64,000 bases of DNA from Squalus acanthias (taxonomy: Eukaryota): assembly GCA_030390025.1 (NCBI GenBank), contig CM059432.1:13144001-13208000 (forward strand). The letters are read 5' to 3'. Below are positions 1-12,480 of the stretch, one piece after another. The notes below the pieces were generated by a model. It saw only the letters and a list, made by a program, of their open reading frames with translations, had not been told where the DNA came from and did not search any database. How positions within the stretch are numbered: position 1 is the stretch's first letter; the number at the start of each line of letters is the position of its first letter. The position numbers were made by a program, and so were the translations under genes.

Positions 1-2775
1 GAAAACAAACCCAATCTGCCCAGTCTCTCTTCATAGCTGAAGCACTCCAGCCCGGGTAACATTCTGGTGAATCTCCTCTGCACCCTCTCCAAAGCTATCA
101 CATCCTTCCTGTAGTGTGGCGACCAGAACTGCACACAGTATTCCAGATGTGGCCTAACCAGTGTTTTATACAGCTCCATCATAACCTCCTTGCTCTTATA
201 TTCTATGCCTCGGCTAATGAATGCAAGTATCCCATATGCCTTTTTTACCACCTTATCCACCTGTTCCGCCGCCTTCAGGGATCTGAGTACTTGCACACCA
301 AGATCCCTCTGACCCTCCGTCTTGCCTAGGGTCTTACCATTCATTGTGTATTCCCTTGCCTTGTTAGTCCCTCCAAAGTGCATCACCTCGCACTTTTCCG
401 GATTAAATTCCATTTGCCACTGTTCCGCCCATCTGACCAACCCATCTATATCGTCCTGCAGACTGAGGCTACCCTCCTCGCTATTTACCACCCTACCAAT
501 TTTTGTATCATCCGCGAACTTACTGATCATACCTTTTACATTCATATCCAAGTCGTTAATGTAGACCACAAACAGCAAGGGACCCAGCACCGATCCCTGT
601 GGTACCCCACTGGCCACAGGCTTCCAGTCACAAAAACAACCTTCGACCATCACCCTCTGCCTTCTGCCACTGAGCCAGTTTTGTATCCAATGTGCCAAGG
701 CACCCTGGATTCCATGGGCTCTTACCTTCTTGACCAGTCTCCTGTGCGGGACTTTATCGAAGGCCTTACTGAAATCCATGTATACCACATCCACTGCGTT
801 ACCCTCATCCACACACCTAGTCACCCCCTCAAAAAATTCAATCAAATTCGTCAGACATGATCTTCCCTTGACAAAGCCATGTTGGCTAATCCTGATTAAT
901 CCTTGCCTCTCCAAGTGGAGACTAATTTTGTCCCTCAGAATTTTTTCCAATAATTTTCCTACCACTGATGTTAGGCTCACTGGCCTGTAGTTCCCCGGTT
1001 TTTCCCTACTCCCTTTCTTGAATAATGGTACTACATTAGCGGTTCTCCAGTCCTCTGGCACATCCCCTGTGGCCAGAGAGGTTCTGAATATATATGTTAG
1101 AGCCCCCGCAATCTCCTCCTTTGCCTCACACAGCAGCCTGGGATACATTTCGTCCGGACCTGGGGATTTATCCATTTTTAGACCTGCTAAAACCGCCAAT
1201 ACCTCCTCCCTCTCGATGTTAAAATGTTCGAGTATATCACAGTCCCCCTGCCCTAATTTTATGTCTGCATCGTCCTTCTCCATAGTGAAAACAGATGCAA
1301 AAAATTCATTTAGAACCCCACCTACATCTTCCTGCTCCACACACAGATTGCCACTTTTGTCCCTAATAGGCCCTATTTTTTCCCTAGTTATCCTCTTACC
1401 CTTAATATACTTATAAAACATCTTAGGATTTTCCTTTATTTTGCTCGCCAGTGTTATTTCATGGCCCCTCCTTGATCTCCTAATTTCTTTTTTAAGTATC
1501 CCCCTGCACTTTTTGTACTCCTCTAGGGCTTCCTCCGTCTTTAGCATTTTGTATCTGCCAAAAGCCCTCCTTTTTTTCCTGATCCATTCTCGTATATCCC
1601 CTGACATCCAAGGTTCCCTGGGGTTTTTGGAACCACCCTTGACCTTTACGGGAACATGCTGCCATTGTATGATCTCAATCTCCCTTCTGAAAGAATCCCA
1701 TTGCTCCGATGCGGATTTTCCTACAAGCAGCTGATCCCAGTCCATTTTGGCCAGATCCTGCCTTATCTTATTAAAATCGGCCTTCCCCCAATTTAGAACC
1801 TTTATTTCCGGCCCATCCCTGTCCTTTTCCATGACCACCTTAAATCTCACCGTATTATGGTCACTGTCACCAAAGTGCTCACCTACTAGCATTTCTTCCA
1901 CTTGGCCGGCCACATTTCCTAGAATTAGGTCCAGTACCGCCCCCTCCCTTGTAGGACTTTCTACATGCTGGCTCAAAAAGCTCTCCTGGATGCACTTTAA
2001 GAATTTTGAACCCTCTAAGCCTTTCACACTCTGACTATCCCAGTTAATATTGGGGAAGTTGAAATCCCCCATTATTATTACCCTATTATTTGCACATTTC
2101 TCTGAGATTTGCCTACATATCTGTTCCTCTATCTCCCCCTGACTGTTTGGGGGCCTATAGTACGCTCCCAGCAAAGTGCTTGCCCCCTTTTTGTTTTTAA
2201 GCTCCACCCATATAGCCTCATTGGAGGAACCTGCTAATATATCATCCCTCCTTATGGCAGTAATTGATTCCTTAATTAATATTGCGACACCCCCTCCTCT
2301 TATACCTCCCCCTCTGTCTCGCCTGAAGATTCTGTACCCCAGAATATTGAGCTGCCAGTCTTGCCCCTCCCTCAACCATGTCTCCGTGATAGCAACAATA
2401 TCATACTCCCATGTGTTTATCAACACCTTCAGTTCATCCACCTTATTCGCAAGACTCCTTGCATTAAAATAGATGCCTTCCAGCCTTGCTCTTACATGTT
2501 TGCCCTGTCTTCCAAGCTGACTTGTTTTTTTCTCTATATTTGACTGTACATCACCCCCTATTATAGCTCCACTCTGTATCCCATTCCCCCTGCCAAGTTA
2601 GTTTAAACCCCCCCCAACAGTGCTAGCAAACCTCCACGCAAGAATATTTGTCCCGCTCTGGTTCAGGTGCAAACCGTCCGACTTGTACAAGTCCCACCTT
2701 CCCCAGAAGCAGGCCCAGTGATCCAGGAAACTAAAACCCTCCCTCCTGCACCAACTCTTTAGCCACGCATTCATC
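1..2775 (-). mobile_element. Young CR1 LINE: ORF1 esterase C-terminus plus apparently open ORF2 (APE-RT) running off the window edge
   Basis: Minus strand shows APE (IYFNARSLANK, IVAITETWL), RT (DFSKAFDKVPH, KFADDTK at ~500-520) and ALERVQRRFTRM near the edge. ORF1 tail (MNAWLKSWCRREGFSFLDHW...DGLHLNQSG, SGNH-type) ends at 2598. Confidence 0.93.
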
Positions 2776-3585
2776 TGTAAGGAACATCTGCCCTCGTAAA
2801 GATGACAAAGTAAGAAACACCTGCTGTCACACCGTTTTTTGTATGGTAAACTTAGAACACCTCGAGATGAGACATGAGTCTGGCAGAGGTCAGCAGAAAA
2901 ATGACTAGAGATAATTAGCTTACATCAGCAGAAAACCTTAAAGGAAATACGACTGGAAAAGGGTATAAATATTGAACTCTCAAATGGGTTAACAGACTCA
3001 CTTTAAAGGGGCAAAGCGATTCTCGGCTTCAGAGGCGGCTCTGTAAGTCTTCAACTCTGTACCTCAGGGATCAAAGGTATTTGATTTTGGTGGATATCCT
3101 GAATAAAACTTTAAGAACTGTAAAACTGTAGCAAAGTTAAGATTTGAGAGTATGGTTCTCTGATAATAGGATTGTAAGCTTTCTCTTTTTGGAACTGTTA
3201 ATGTTGCGATTAACTCACCAACTGCAAACTGCATGTCGGTTCTTTAATAAATCTATATATTTTTAGAATTGTCTCACATAAGACTTCTGTATCAAACTCG
3301 CGAACTCAATCTCTGTACACTCTTTGGAGAGGAGTTGCAGAATTCTGGGGGAGTTTTCCGGACCCTCATAATATCCAGAACGTTACAGTCTAGCTAAACT
3401 TATTAAAAGTGCTATCTGGAGGACGGTAACATTTTCAGGTTGTTCCTTTCCTTTAGGGAGAGATAGTCTGGACCTTTAGACCCAATTAAGCGTCTTTAGG
3501 ATTCGGCTACCTCAAACTTTAGTCTGAGGAATACGCCTGATCCGGGGTATCCCTAAAGGGGCTAGGACTAGTAATTATCCCTTCA
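2776..3585 (+). mobile_element. Probable solo LTR (ERV or LTR retrotransposon)
   Basis: Non-CR1 block starting TGTAAGG and ending CCTTCA, with TATAAAT at ~2964 and AATAAA at ~3102 and ~3246. An alternative end, TTACA, lies at 3387. No matching TSD. Confidence 0.6.
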
Positions 3586-5232
3586 TTACTACCCATTTAC
3601 TATTTAATATGCCTATAGAAGATGTTTGGATTACCTTTTATATTAGCTGCCAGTCTATTCTCATACTCTCTCTTTACCCCTCTTATTTCCTTTTTCACTT
3701 CCCCTCTGAACTTTCTATATTCAGCATGGTTCTCACTTGTATTCTCAACCTGACATCTGTCATACGCCCCCTTTTTCCAACTTCATCTTACTCTCTATCT
3801 CTTTCGTCATCCAGGAAGCTGACTTTGGTTGCCCTACCAGTCCCCCGCGTGGGAACGTACCTTGACTGTACCCAAACCATCTCCTCTTTAAAGGCAGCCT
3901 ATTGTTGGATTAGTTTTGCCTGCCAATCTTTGATTCCAATTTACCCGGGCCAGATCCATTCGCAACCCACTGAAATTGGCCTTCCTCCAATTAAGTATTT
4001 TTACTCAAATTGCTCTGTCCTTTTCCATAGCTAATCTAAACCTTATGATATTATGATCACTGTTCCCTAAATGTTCCCGCACTGACACCTGTTCCACCTC
4101 AGTCCCCAGAACCAGATCCAGCAATGCCTTCTTCCTCATTGGGCCGGAAACATACTGATCAAGAAAGTTCTCCTGAACACACTTCTGAAATTCTTCCCCC
4201 TCCCTGCCCTTTACACTATTACTATCCCAGTCTATATTAGGATAGTTGAAGTCTCCCATTATCACTACTCTATAGTTCTTGCATCTCTCTGTAATTTCCC
4301 TGCAGATTTGCTGCTCTATATCCTTCCTACTAGTTGGTGGCCTATAGAATACACCTAGTGTAATGGCACCTCTTATTTCTCAACTCTAACCAAATAGATT
4401 CTGTCCTTGACCCCTGAAGGACATCCTCTCTCCAGCACTGTTACATTCTCCTTAATCAATACTGCCCCCCCCCCACCCCCTTTCTTTCCTTCCCCATCTT
4501 TCCTGAACACCTTATATCCAGGAATATTTAGTACCCAATTCTTGACTTTTGAGAGCCAGGTCTCCGTTATCATCACATTATATTCCCATGTGGCTATTTG
4601 CGCCTGCAGCTCACCAACCTTTTTTCTTTAACCACGCTTCGTACGTTCACACACATACAGTGTAAACCTATCTTAGACCTTCTTGTATTCTCTTAGTCTG
4701 ACCCCAACTAATACCGTACTATTTCTTATCCTAGTGCTATCAGTCTCTCCCAATCCTTTGTGCACCTTGCTTCTCCTTTCTAATGCTACACCCTGGTGCC
4801 CATTCCCCTGCCAAATTAATTTAAACCCTCCCTAACAGCACTGTCAAAACCCATGAGGATATTGGTCCCGGCTCTGTTGAGGTGCAACCCGTTCAGCTTG
4901 GACAGGTTCCACCTCCCCTAGAACCGGTCCCTATCTGCTCTATCCTCCTATTTCTATACTCACTAGCTCGTGGCACTGGGAGTAACCCGGAGATTACTAC
5001 CTGCTTTTTAATCGCTTTCCTAGCTCCCTGAAATCTGCCTGCAGGACCTCGTTCAACTTTCTACGTATGTCGTTGATACCGATATGGACCACGACCTCTG
5101 GCTGTTCACCCTCCCCCCTCAATGTTCTGCAGCAGCTCAGTGACATCCTTGACCCTGGCACCAGGGAAACAACACATCTGCGGCTGCAGAAACACCTGTC
5201 TGTTCCCCTAACTATTGAATCCCCCCCCCATC
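3586..5232 (-). mobile_element. Degenerate CR1 LINE (ORF1 esterase and APE region), continued at ~7126-7212
   Basis: ORF fragments ITETWL, IMGDFNYPNIDW, SDHNIIRF and GDSIVRGTDR...VVVHIGINDI. An upstream ORF1 piece (CIREAESYVDSTFEEVITPQ) at ~7126-7212 lies beyond the nested CR1. Confidence 0.88.
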
Positions 5233-7125
5233 GCATAAGAACATAAGAAATAGGGGGTGTAGGCCATTCGGCCCTTCGAGCCTGCTCCGCCATTCAATGA
5301 GATCATGGCTGATCTTCTGCCTCAACTCCATTCACCGGCCCTATCGCCATATCCCTTGATGCCCTTACTAGTCAGAAATCTATCGACTTCTGTTTTGAAT
5401 ATACCCAATGACTGAGCCTCCATAGCCCTCTGGGGTAGAGAATTCCAAAGATTCACCACCCTGTGTGTGAAGAATTTTCTACTCATCTCAGTCCTGAATG
5501 GCCTACCCTGTATCCTGAGGCTGTGGCCCCTGGTTCTAGACTCCCCAGCCAAGGGAAACATTCTCCCAGCATCCACCCTATCAAGCCCTGTAATAATTTT
5601 GTATGCTTCAATGAGATCCCCTCTCATTCTTCTGAATTCAAGAGAATACAGGCCTAGTTTACTCAATCTCTTCTCATGCGACAGTCCTGCCATCCCAGGA
5701 ATCAATCTCGTGAACCTTCGTTGCACTCCCTCTATGGCAAGTATATCTTTCCTTAGGTAAGGAGACCAAAATTGTACACAGTACTCCAGGTGTGGCCTCA
5801 CCAAGGCCCTATATAATTGGAGTAAGACTTCTTTACTCCTGTACTCAAATCCTCTTGTAATGAAGGCCAGCATACCATTTGCCTTCCTAATAGCTTGCTG
5901 CACCTGCACATTCACTTTCAGTGACTCATGTACAAGGACACCCAGGTCCCTTTGAGCATCTGCATTCCCCAATCTTTCACCATTTAGGAAATACTCTGCC
6001 TTTCTGTTTTTTCTACCAAAGTGGATAACTTCACATTTATCCACATTATATTCCATCTGCCATGTTCTCGCCCACTCACTGAGCCTGTCGAGATCCCCTT
6101 AAAGCCTCTTCACATCCTCTTCACAACTGACACTGCCACCTAGCTTTGTATCAGCAGCTAATTTGGAAATGTTACATTTAGTCCCCTCATCCAAATCATT
6201 GATATAGATCGTGAATAGCTGGGGCCCAAGCACCGATCCTTGCGGTACCCCACTAGTCACAGCCTGCCATCCTGAAAAAGACCCGTTTATCCCTACTCTT
6301 TGTTTTCTGTCGGTTAACCAATTCTCAATCTATGCTAGTATATTACCCCCAATTCCATGTGCCCTAATTTTGTTCACCAACCTCTTGTGTGGGATCTTAT
6401 CGAAGGCCTTCTGAAAATCCAAATACACCACATCTACCGGTTCCCCTTTGTCTACTCCACTAGTTACATCCTCAAAGAACTCCAATAGGTTTGTCAAACA
6501 GGATTTCCCTTCCATAAATCCATGTTGACTCTGCCCAATCTTACTATTAGTTTCTAAGTGCCCAGTTATTGCATCCTTCATAATAGATTCCAGCATTTTC
6601 CCAACTACTGATGTGAGGCTAACAGGTCTGTCGTTCCCGTTTTCTCTCTCCCTCCTTTCTTAAATAGCAGGGTTACATTTGCTATCCTCCAATCTACAGG
6701 AACCGTTCCAGAATCTATAGAATTTTGGAAGATGACAACCAATGCGTCCACTATCCCAATGGCCACTTCTTTCAAAACCCTAAGATGCAGGTCATCCGGT
6801 CCTTGGGATTTATCGACTTTTAGTCCCATTAATTTTGCTAGTACTGTTTTTTTACTAATCATAATCTCTAAGTTCCTCATTCTTGCCACACCCTTGGTTT
6901 TCTCGTATTTCTGGGTGTTTTTTTTGTGTCTTCCTCCGTGAAGACAGAAACCAAGTATTTATTTACTTTCTCTGCCATTTCCTCATTCCCCATTATAAAT
7001 TCTCCCGTCTCTGACTGTAAAGGAAACTACATTTACCTTTGCCAGTCTTTTCCTTTTCACATACCTATAGAAGTTTTTACAATCCGTTTTTATATTTTGC
7101 TAGTTTGTGCTCATATTCCATTTTG
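5233..7125 (-). mobile_element. 5'-truncated CR1 LINE nested in ORF1 of the preceding CR1
   Basis: RT and C-terminal ORFs 5322-6056 and 6330-6596 (YLDFQKAFDKIPH). 3' hairpin and (TTCTTATG)n tail at ~5235. Confidence 0.92.
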
Positions 7126-7360
7126 CCTGTACACTCTGACACTGCGGGGTGATCACCTCTTCAAATGTGCTATCCACATAGCTCTCAGCCTCACGGATGC
7201 ACCGCAGTGGACTTAACAATTACAATTCTACATTCAGAAAGAACAGTTTCTCTCCGCCATGTGGAAAACCTGATTATCACACAAAAATTAGAACCAAACT
7301 GACACCAATGTTCCTGGTACCAACAGATAGAGCTGTAGGTGAGAGTTTAAACTAGTAAAA

Positions 7361-7780
7361 CATAGAATCTAGGAGCAGGAGTAGGCCATTCGGCCCGTCG
7401 AGCCTGCTCCGCCATTCAATACGATCATGGCTGATCATCCAAATCCAGTACCCTGTCCCTGCTTTAATCCCCACAGTACACATATCCCACCCTACCCCCG
7501 TAACCCCACGTATTTAATTCCCCCTAACATATCCCATCCTATCCCCATAACCCCACATATTTAATCCCCCCTAACACTAAGGGTCAATTTATCATAGCCA
7601 AATCAACCTAACCCACACATTTTTGGACTGTGGGAGGAAACCGGAGCACCCGGAGGAAACCCACGCAGACACGGGGAGAATGTGCAAACTCCACACAGAC
7701 AGTCACCCGAGGTCAGATTCGAACCCGGGTCTCTGGCGCTGTGAGGCACCAGTGCTAACCACTATGCCACCGTGTTGCCC
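7361..7780 (-). mobile_element. HE1-like V-SINE (tRNA head, V domain, CR1-derived tail)
   Basis: A box TGGCATAGTGG, B box GGTTCGAATC, V-domain GTGTGGAGTTTGCACATTCTCCCCGTGTCTGCGTGGGTTTCCTCCGGGTGCTCCGGTTTCCTCCCACAGTCCAAA. The 3' tail matches the local CR1 3' end. Confidence 0.85.
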
Positions 7781-8034
7781 TCAAAGGTAAACTCAAAGGT
7801 TGGACACAAAACATGAGGGTGGGTTAGTAAAGAATATTGAAGACAAAATTTAAAATTGAGGGGAAGATACGAGAGGGGTTATGGAGAAAGAAGGGTTACA
7901 GAAAGAAAAAGAGGGAAAGGGGCAACTTATGTGGAGGTCTATTACAAATACCCATGTACAAGAGTTCAAAAATCTACCCATCTCAGCCTTGAAAATACTG
8001 AACGATTCAGCATCCTATTTAAGCCGAATATTGA

Positions 8035-8790
8035 GTGAGCCACAGACCAGAACGTCCCGGGTTTGCTTCCTGGAGTTTGGTGATCGAAGCTTGGACAGCT
8101 GTTGCTCTCAGTGCCAACTGATCTCGGGACAGGAAGGGTTGCTGCTCCTGATTGTTATCTAGTGATCTCTGCCAGGTAGTGTGCATGTGTGTGGACGTGG
8201 GCTGAGAATGGGAATGTCGAACATACAAAATTGTCCGACTGGTCTATCAAGCCTGCCCCAAAACACCATGATGACCTGGGCATCACGATGAAACACATGC
8301 TCTCCCCCTCCCCCTACCCGCAGCCATGTAATCTCCTGGGAGGGGCAAAGAAACAGAACAAAATCCCAGAAACCAGAAGAAATACGCTGGAAAATTCCTC
8401 TCCGACCAACTCGGGCAATCAAAACCAGTCCAGCAGATCACATGGACCAAGTATTACTAGAGGAGAAGATATCGCACAGTTAATGCACTCACAACCAAGT
8501 TCCTGTCCCCGCTCTTCTAATGGAGACAGTGCCTGTTGCATTAAACAGACCCCCATTAAACGAAGAGAGAAAGCCATTTTGTACAAGCTCACTCAATCTT
8601 CATATGATAACACTGGCCATTTCTATCCTGGGCTCAGGCTTGACTGTGGTGCCCCCTGTGGTTGAATAGCTTGCCTTGCACTGGCCGTCTGGATTCATAT
8701 CCGAAAAATGGCCACCTCGCACGTAACCACACACCAGCGAGAGTCAGCACATTCGGGAAAGGAGAAAGGGAAATTGGAAGTTGGGAGGGG
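8035..8790 (+). mobile_element. Old SINE-like repeat, split by a ~400-bp insert (~8222-8625)
   Basis: Shares CTGCTCCTG(A/G)TTG(T/C)TAT..AGTGA..CTGC.GG and downstream blocks with a second copy at ~20345-20860. Confidence 0.5.
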
Positions 8791-9359
8791 AGGAATTACA
8801 TAGAATTTACAGCACAGAAACAGGCCATTCAGCCCAACTGGTCTGTACCAGTGTTTATGATCCACATGTGCCTCCTCCCAACCCTCTTTATCTAACCCTG
8901 TCAGCATATCCTTCTAGTCTTCTCTCCCACATGTACTGATCTAGCTTCCCCTAAAATGCATCTATGCTATTCACCTCAACTACTCCCTGTGGTAGTTAGT
9001 TCCACATTCTCACCACCAGGAGGGAGAGAGAAAACGAGGAACTACAGACCTGTTAGCCTCACATCAGGGTTAAAAAAAAGCAGAACAAGGAATCAATATG
9101 AAGGTAAAAATACAGGTAAGAAAAAGGAGAAGATAAAGGTATCTGACTGGAAATAAGCACATAAGTAAACAACTGTTCAAGAAGGGATAGGACCACTTAG
9201 AGATAAAGAGGGCACTATTTTATAGTTGAGTATGAAGGCATGGCAGAAATGCTCAATAATTATTTTGCCTCAAGTTTTTTTATTTAAAAAGAGGAAAGTA
9301 AAAAAGAGGAAAGTAAAAGTGGGACTGCACGAGTAGCAAAGAAGAGGTAAAAGAGAAAC

Positions 9360-10205
9360 TTTTTTTTAAATTTGTTCCTGGGATGTGGGCGTCGCTGGCA
9401 AGGCCAGCATTTATTGCCCATCTTTAATTGCCCTCGAGAAGATGGTGGTGAGTCGCCTTCTTGAACCACTGCAGTCCATGAGGTGAAGGTGCTATTAGGG
9501 AGGGAGTTCCACGATTTTGACCCAGCGATGAAGATATATTTCCAAGTCAAGATAGACTTGGAGGGGAACTTGGTGGTGGTGTTCCCATGCGCCTGCTGCC
9601 CTTGTCCTTCTAGGTGGTAGAGGTCGTGGGTTTGGGAGGTGCTGTCGAAGTCATCTTGGCGAGTTGCTGCAGTGCATCGTGTAGATGGTACACATTGCAG
9701 CCACGGTGCGCTGGTGGTGGAGGGAAGTGAATGTTTAAGGTAGTAGATGGGGTGCCAATCAAGCGGGCTGCTTTGTCCTGGATGGTGTCGAGCTTCTTTA
9801 GTGTTGTTGGAGCTGCACTCATCCAGACAAGTGGAGAGTATTCCATCACACTCCTGACTTGTGCCTTGTAGATGGTGGAAAGGCTTTGGGGAGTCAGGAG
9901 GTCAGACACTCACCGCAGAATACCCAGCCTCTGATCTGCTCTTGTAGCCACAGTATTTATGTGGCTGGTCCAGTTAAGTTTTTGGTCAATGGTGACCCCC
10001 AGGATGTTGACGGTGAGGGATTCGGTGCTGGTAATGCCGTTGAATGTCAAGTGGCGGTGGTTAGACTTTCGCTTGTTGGAGATAGTCATTGCCTGGCACT
10101 TATGTGGCACAAATGTTACTTGTCATTTATCAGCCCAAGCCTGAATGTCGTCCAGGTCTTGCTGCATGCGGGTATGGACTGCTTCATTATCTGAGGAGTT
10201 GCGAG
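9360..10205 (-). mobile_element. 3' fragment of the CR1-group LINE family also at 21722-24759
   Basis: IYKAQVRSVMEYSPL...LDTIQDKAARLIG. 3' end GGGCAATAAATGCTGGCCTTGCCAGCGACGCCCACATCCC followed by an A-rich tail. Confidence 0.9.
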
Positions 10206-10874
10206 AACTACCAGAGATAATGTTCATAACAGTGTTGCGTTAAAAAAAAATGAATGCAACCAAGAGTACAAAAGTAACTAGACCCAGAGGGTTTACATCC
10301 CAGAATATTAGAGGTTCAGGAGGAGAAAATGGAGGCACGGACCACAATTTTCTCCCCCCCAAAAAATTGGAAATGGGCATTACACCAAAGGAATGCAGGG
10401 TGGTAAATGTTACACCTTCAAGGGGAAAAGGGGTCAGATACTCTTACCTTAGCTGTAGCTAAATTTCTAGAGCCTACGTTGCAGGGTGAAATTAGTGAAC
10501 ACTTAAGAAATATATGGCCTAGTCAGGAACAGTCACCTTGTTTTGAACATGGCAGGTCATGCTTGACTAATTTAGTTGAACATTTGTGAGACAATTAAAG
10601 AATCTATTCATGATGTGAATAATGCTAAATATATGGATTATTTGATGAGGTGCCGGTTATGAATTCGGGTCTGCCACAGGTATCCAATGGATTCAATGGT
10701 GTAAGTCACTCCCTTAAGCGATCTGGTTGCCTGCTTTATTCTTTTTTTTAAAATGAACTCTGACTCCCACTGCCCTCTATCTGCTGGATGTGGTAACAGG
10801 ATCCAGGAGTATAATAATGCAACTTCCTTGTGATAGGACTGAATCTCCATGTCTTAAGAACATGCACTCCTTTA

Positions 10875-11197
10875 ACAGAAACAGAAAATGCTGGAACCCT
10901 CAGCAGGTCTATGGAGAGAACAGATAAGTTAAAGTTTTAGGTATGACAGAAATGGAGGATATTACTGATAAACACCATTTAAAAAGGAACAGAACAAAGG
11001 GAAGGGACAGTGAAAAGCCTTTTTTACCCTTCTTGTTTTGTACCTTTTTAATTGCTGTTCATCAGCAATAGCTTCCAGTTTTAAAACCTGAAACGTTAAC
11101 TTCTCTGTTCTCGCCACAGATATTGTCTGACCTGTGCGTTTCCAGTATTTCCTGTTTTTGTTTCAGATTTACAGCATCTGCAGTAATTGCTTTTTAT
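10875..11197. mobile_element. Penelope-derived fold-back (inverted terminal segments)
   Basis: AAACAGAAAATGCTGGAAA... on the left mirrors ...TTTCCAGTATTTCCTGTTT on the right. Inner arms are also complementary. Same sequence as the 3' end of the Penelope at ~43080-43200. Confidence 0.7.
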
Positions 11198-11559
11198 ACT
11201 CCTTCAATCTTTCCGAAAGTGGACCGAATTAACACTGGTTCAGTTCATAAGCTGCTTTATTTCACAACTGGTAAAACATACGGAACACTAAGTATGATGA
11301 AAGTGACAGCATAATCAGTTCAACTTCTGTTTGCGTACTTTGTACATTTAAATAACATATGTATGCCAGGCCAACTTGGTGAACGTTTTACTTGAAGTAA
11401 AAACACTAACTCCCTATCCTGGGCAAGACGCTCCCCACTCATAGCCCTTTCAGCTGCCTTGTTTGACTGACTTTGGGTGTCTATGTTGATTCTTAAAAAG
11501 CTTCCGTCAAAGACTCAGATCACAGAAATGTTGTGAACATCAAAATGCTAAATGTCTAC

Positions 11560-12480
11560 CAAATAACCAGACATTAATGACGAACGGGTTTATTTGATCT
11601 GTGCAAACAACTGCCTATCCTGCATTTAAATTGAGATTTTACACCCCAATCAAGTAACCAGGTTTCTAAATCATCTAGAACTATATCCAGATATTGGTCC
11701 CTTAACAATGAATGGAAAAGACATTCAGAGTATGTTACACATTAACTTTCCAGCCCCAAGTACCACATGTCCTCGAGCTGGAAAGGCATTTCTCTACAAG
11801 TATTGTCTGGGTCCTTTCCAAGTTCCTTAAATTTCTGCCTTTGCACTTCTGGTGTTAAAGACCCAAGAAAAGCACACTTTACAACATCATAGTCTATCCA
11901 ATTGGAAGGATTAGCATTAGAAAACTCTGCAAGCACTTTTCCACTTGGGGATGTTAAGAATCAACTGGCCCATTCATTTTTGTCCCACTTGTGCTAACCA
12001 ACTAACAATTTGATTACCTGGATAAAACTGCCGATACTATCGCCCTTTTGAAAATTTGGAATGAGGTTTGATTTAATAAAATGGTGGGTCCCTAGTTCTG
12101 CGACCCCACTTAGCAGACTCGCTGCTGAAACGTGGTCTCTGGCAGTTCAAGATCTCCTCCTCTTCTGCCTCACCGCAACACTGTTTCTCCTTCTTGTTAG
12201 CTTCAAACTTATGCTGTTTCCTCTTTGTCCAATCTACGTTGCTCTTACTCTTTCCTTAGCTCAAGCTCACTTTCTCAACTGGAACTTTCAGAACTAAAAC
12301 TTTCACTCCTTTAGTTAAAACACTCTCACCTTGTCTTCTACCACCAAACATGCCGATTCAATATCTGCCTCTTTTGATCTGGATGACATTTTTAATTTCT
12401 GATCCATTCACACTTAGACATTTTGTATTAACTTCCTCACCAGTGTAACTCAGGTAATTGCCACCAACTGGTGCAATTTC
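11560..12480 (-). pseudogene. Decayed Gypsy-type gag with SCAN-like capsid region
   Basis: Interrupted translation: PNFQKGDSIGSFI...KWDKNEWAS*FLTSPSGKVLAEFS...DYDVVKCAFLGSLTPEVQRQKFKEL...LLRDQYLDIVLDDLETWLLD. Preceded by an E/K/R-rich stretch and a PBS-like TGGTGGCA at ~12459-12466. Confidence 0.7.

Noticed and set aside
114..2543. Series of plus-strand ORFs, and similar ones over other LINEs
   Set aside because: They are antisense shadows of CR1 ORF2, not genes.
7700..7780. tRNA-like A/B boxes here and at ~19050, 24720, 33640, 38780 and 59440
   Set aside because: Each continues into SINE or LINE body sequence. These are retroposon heads, not tRNA genes.
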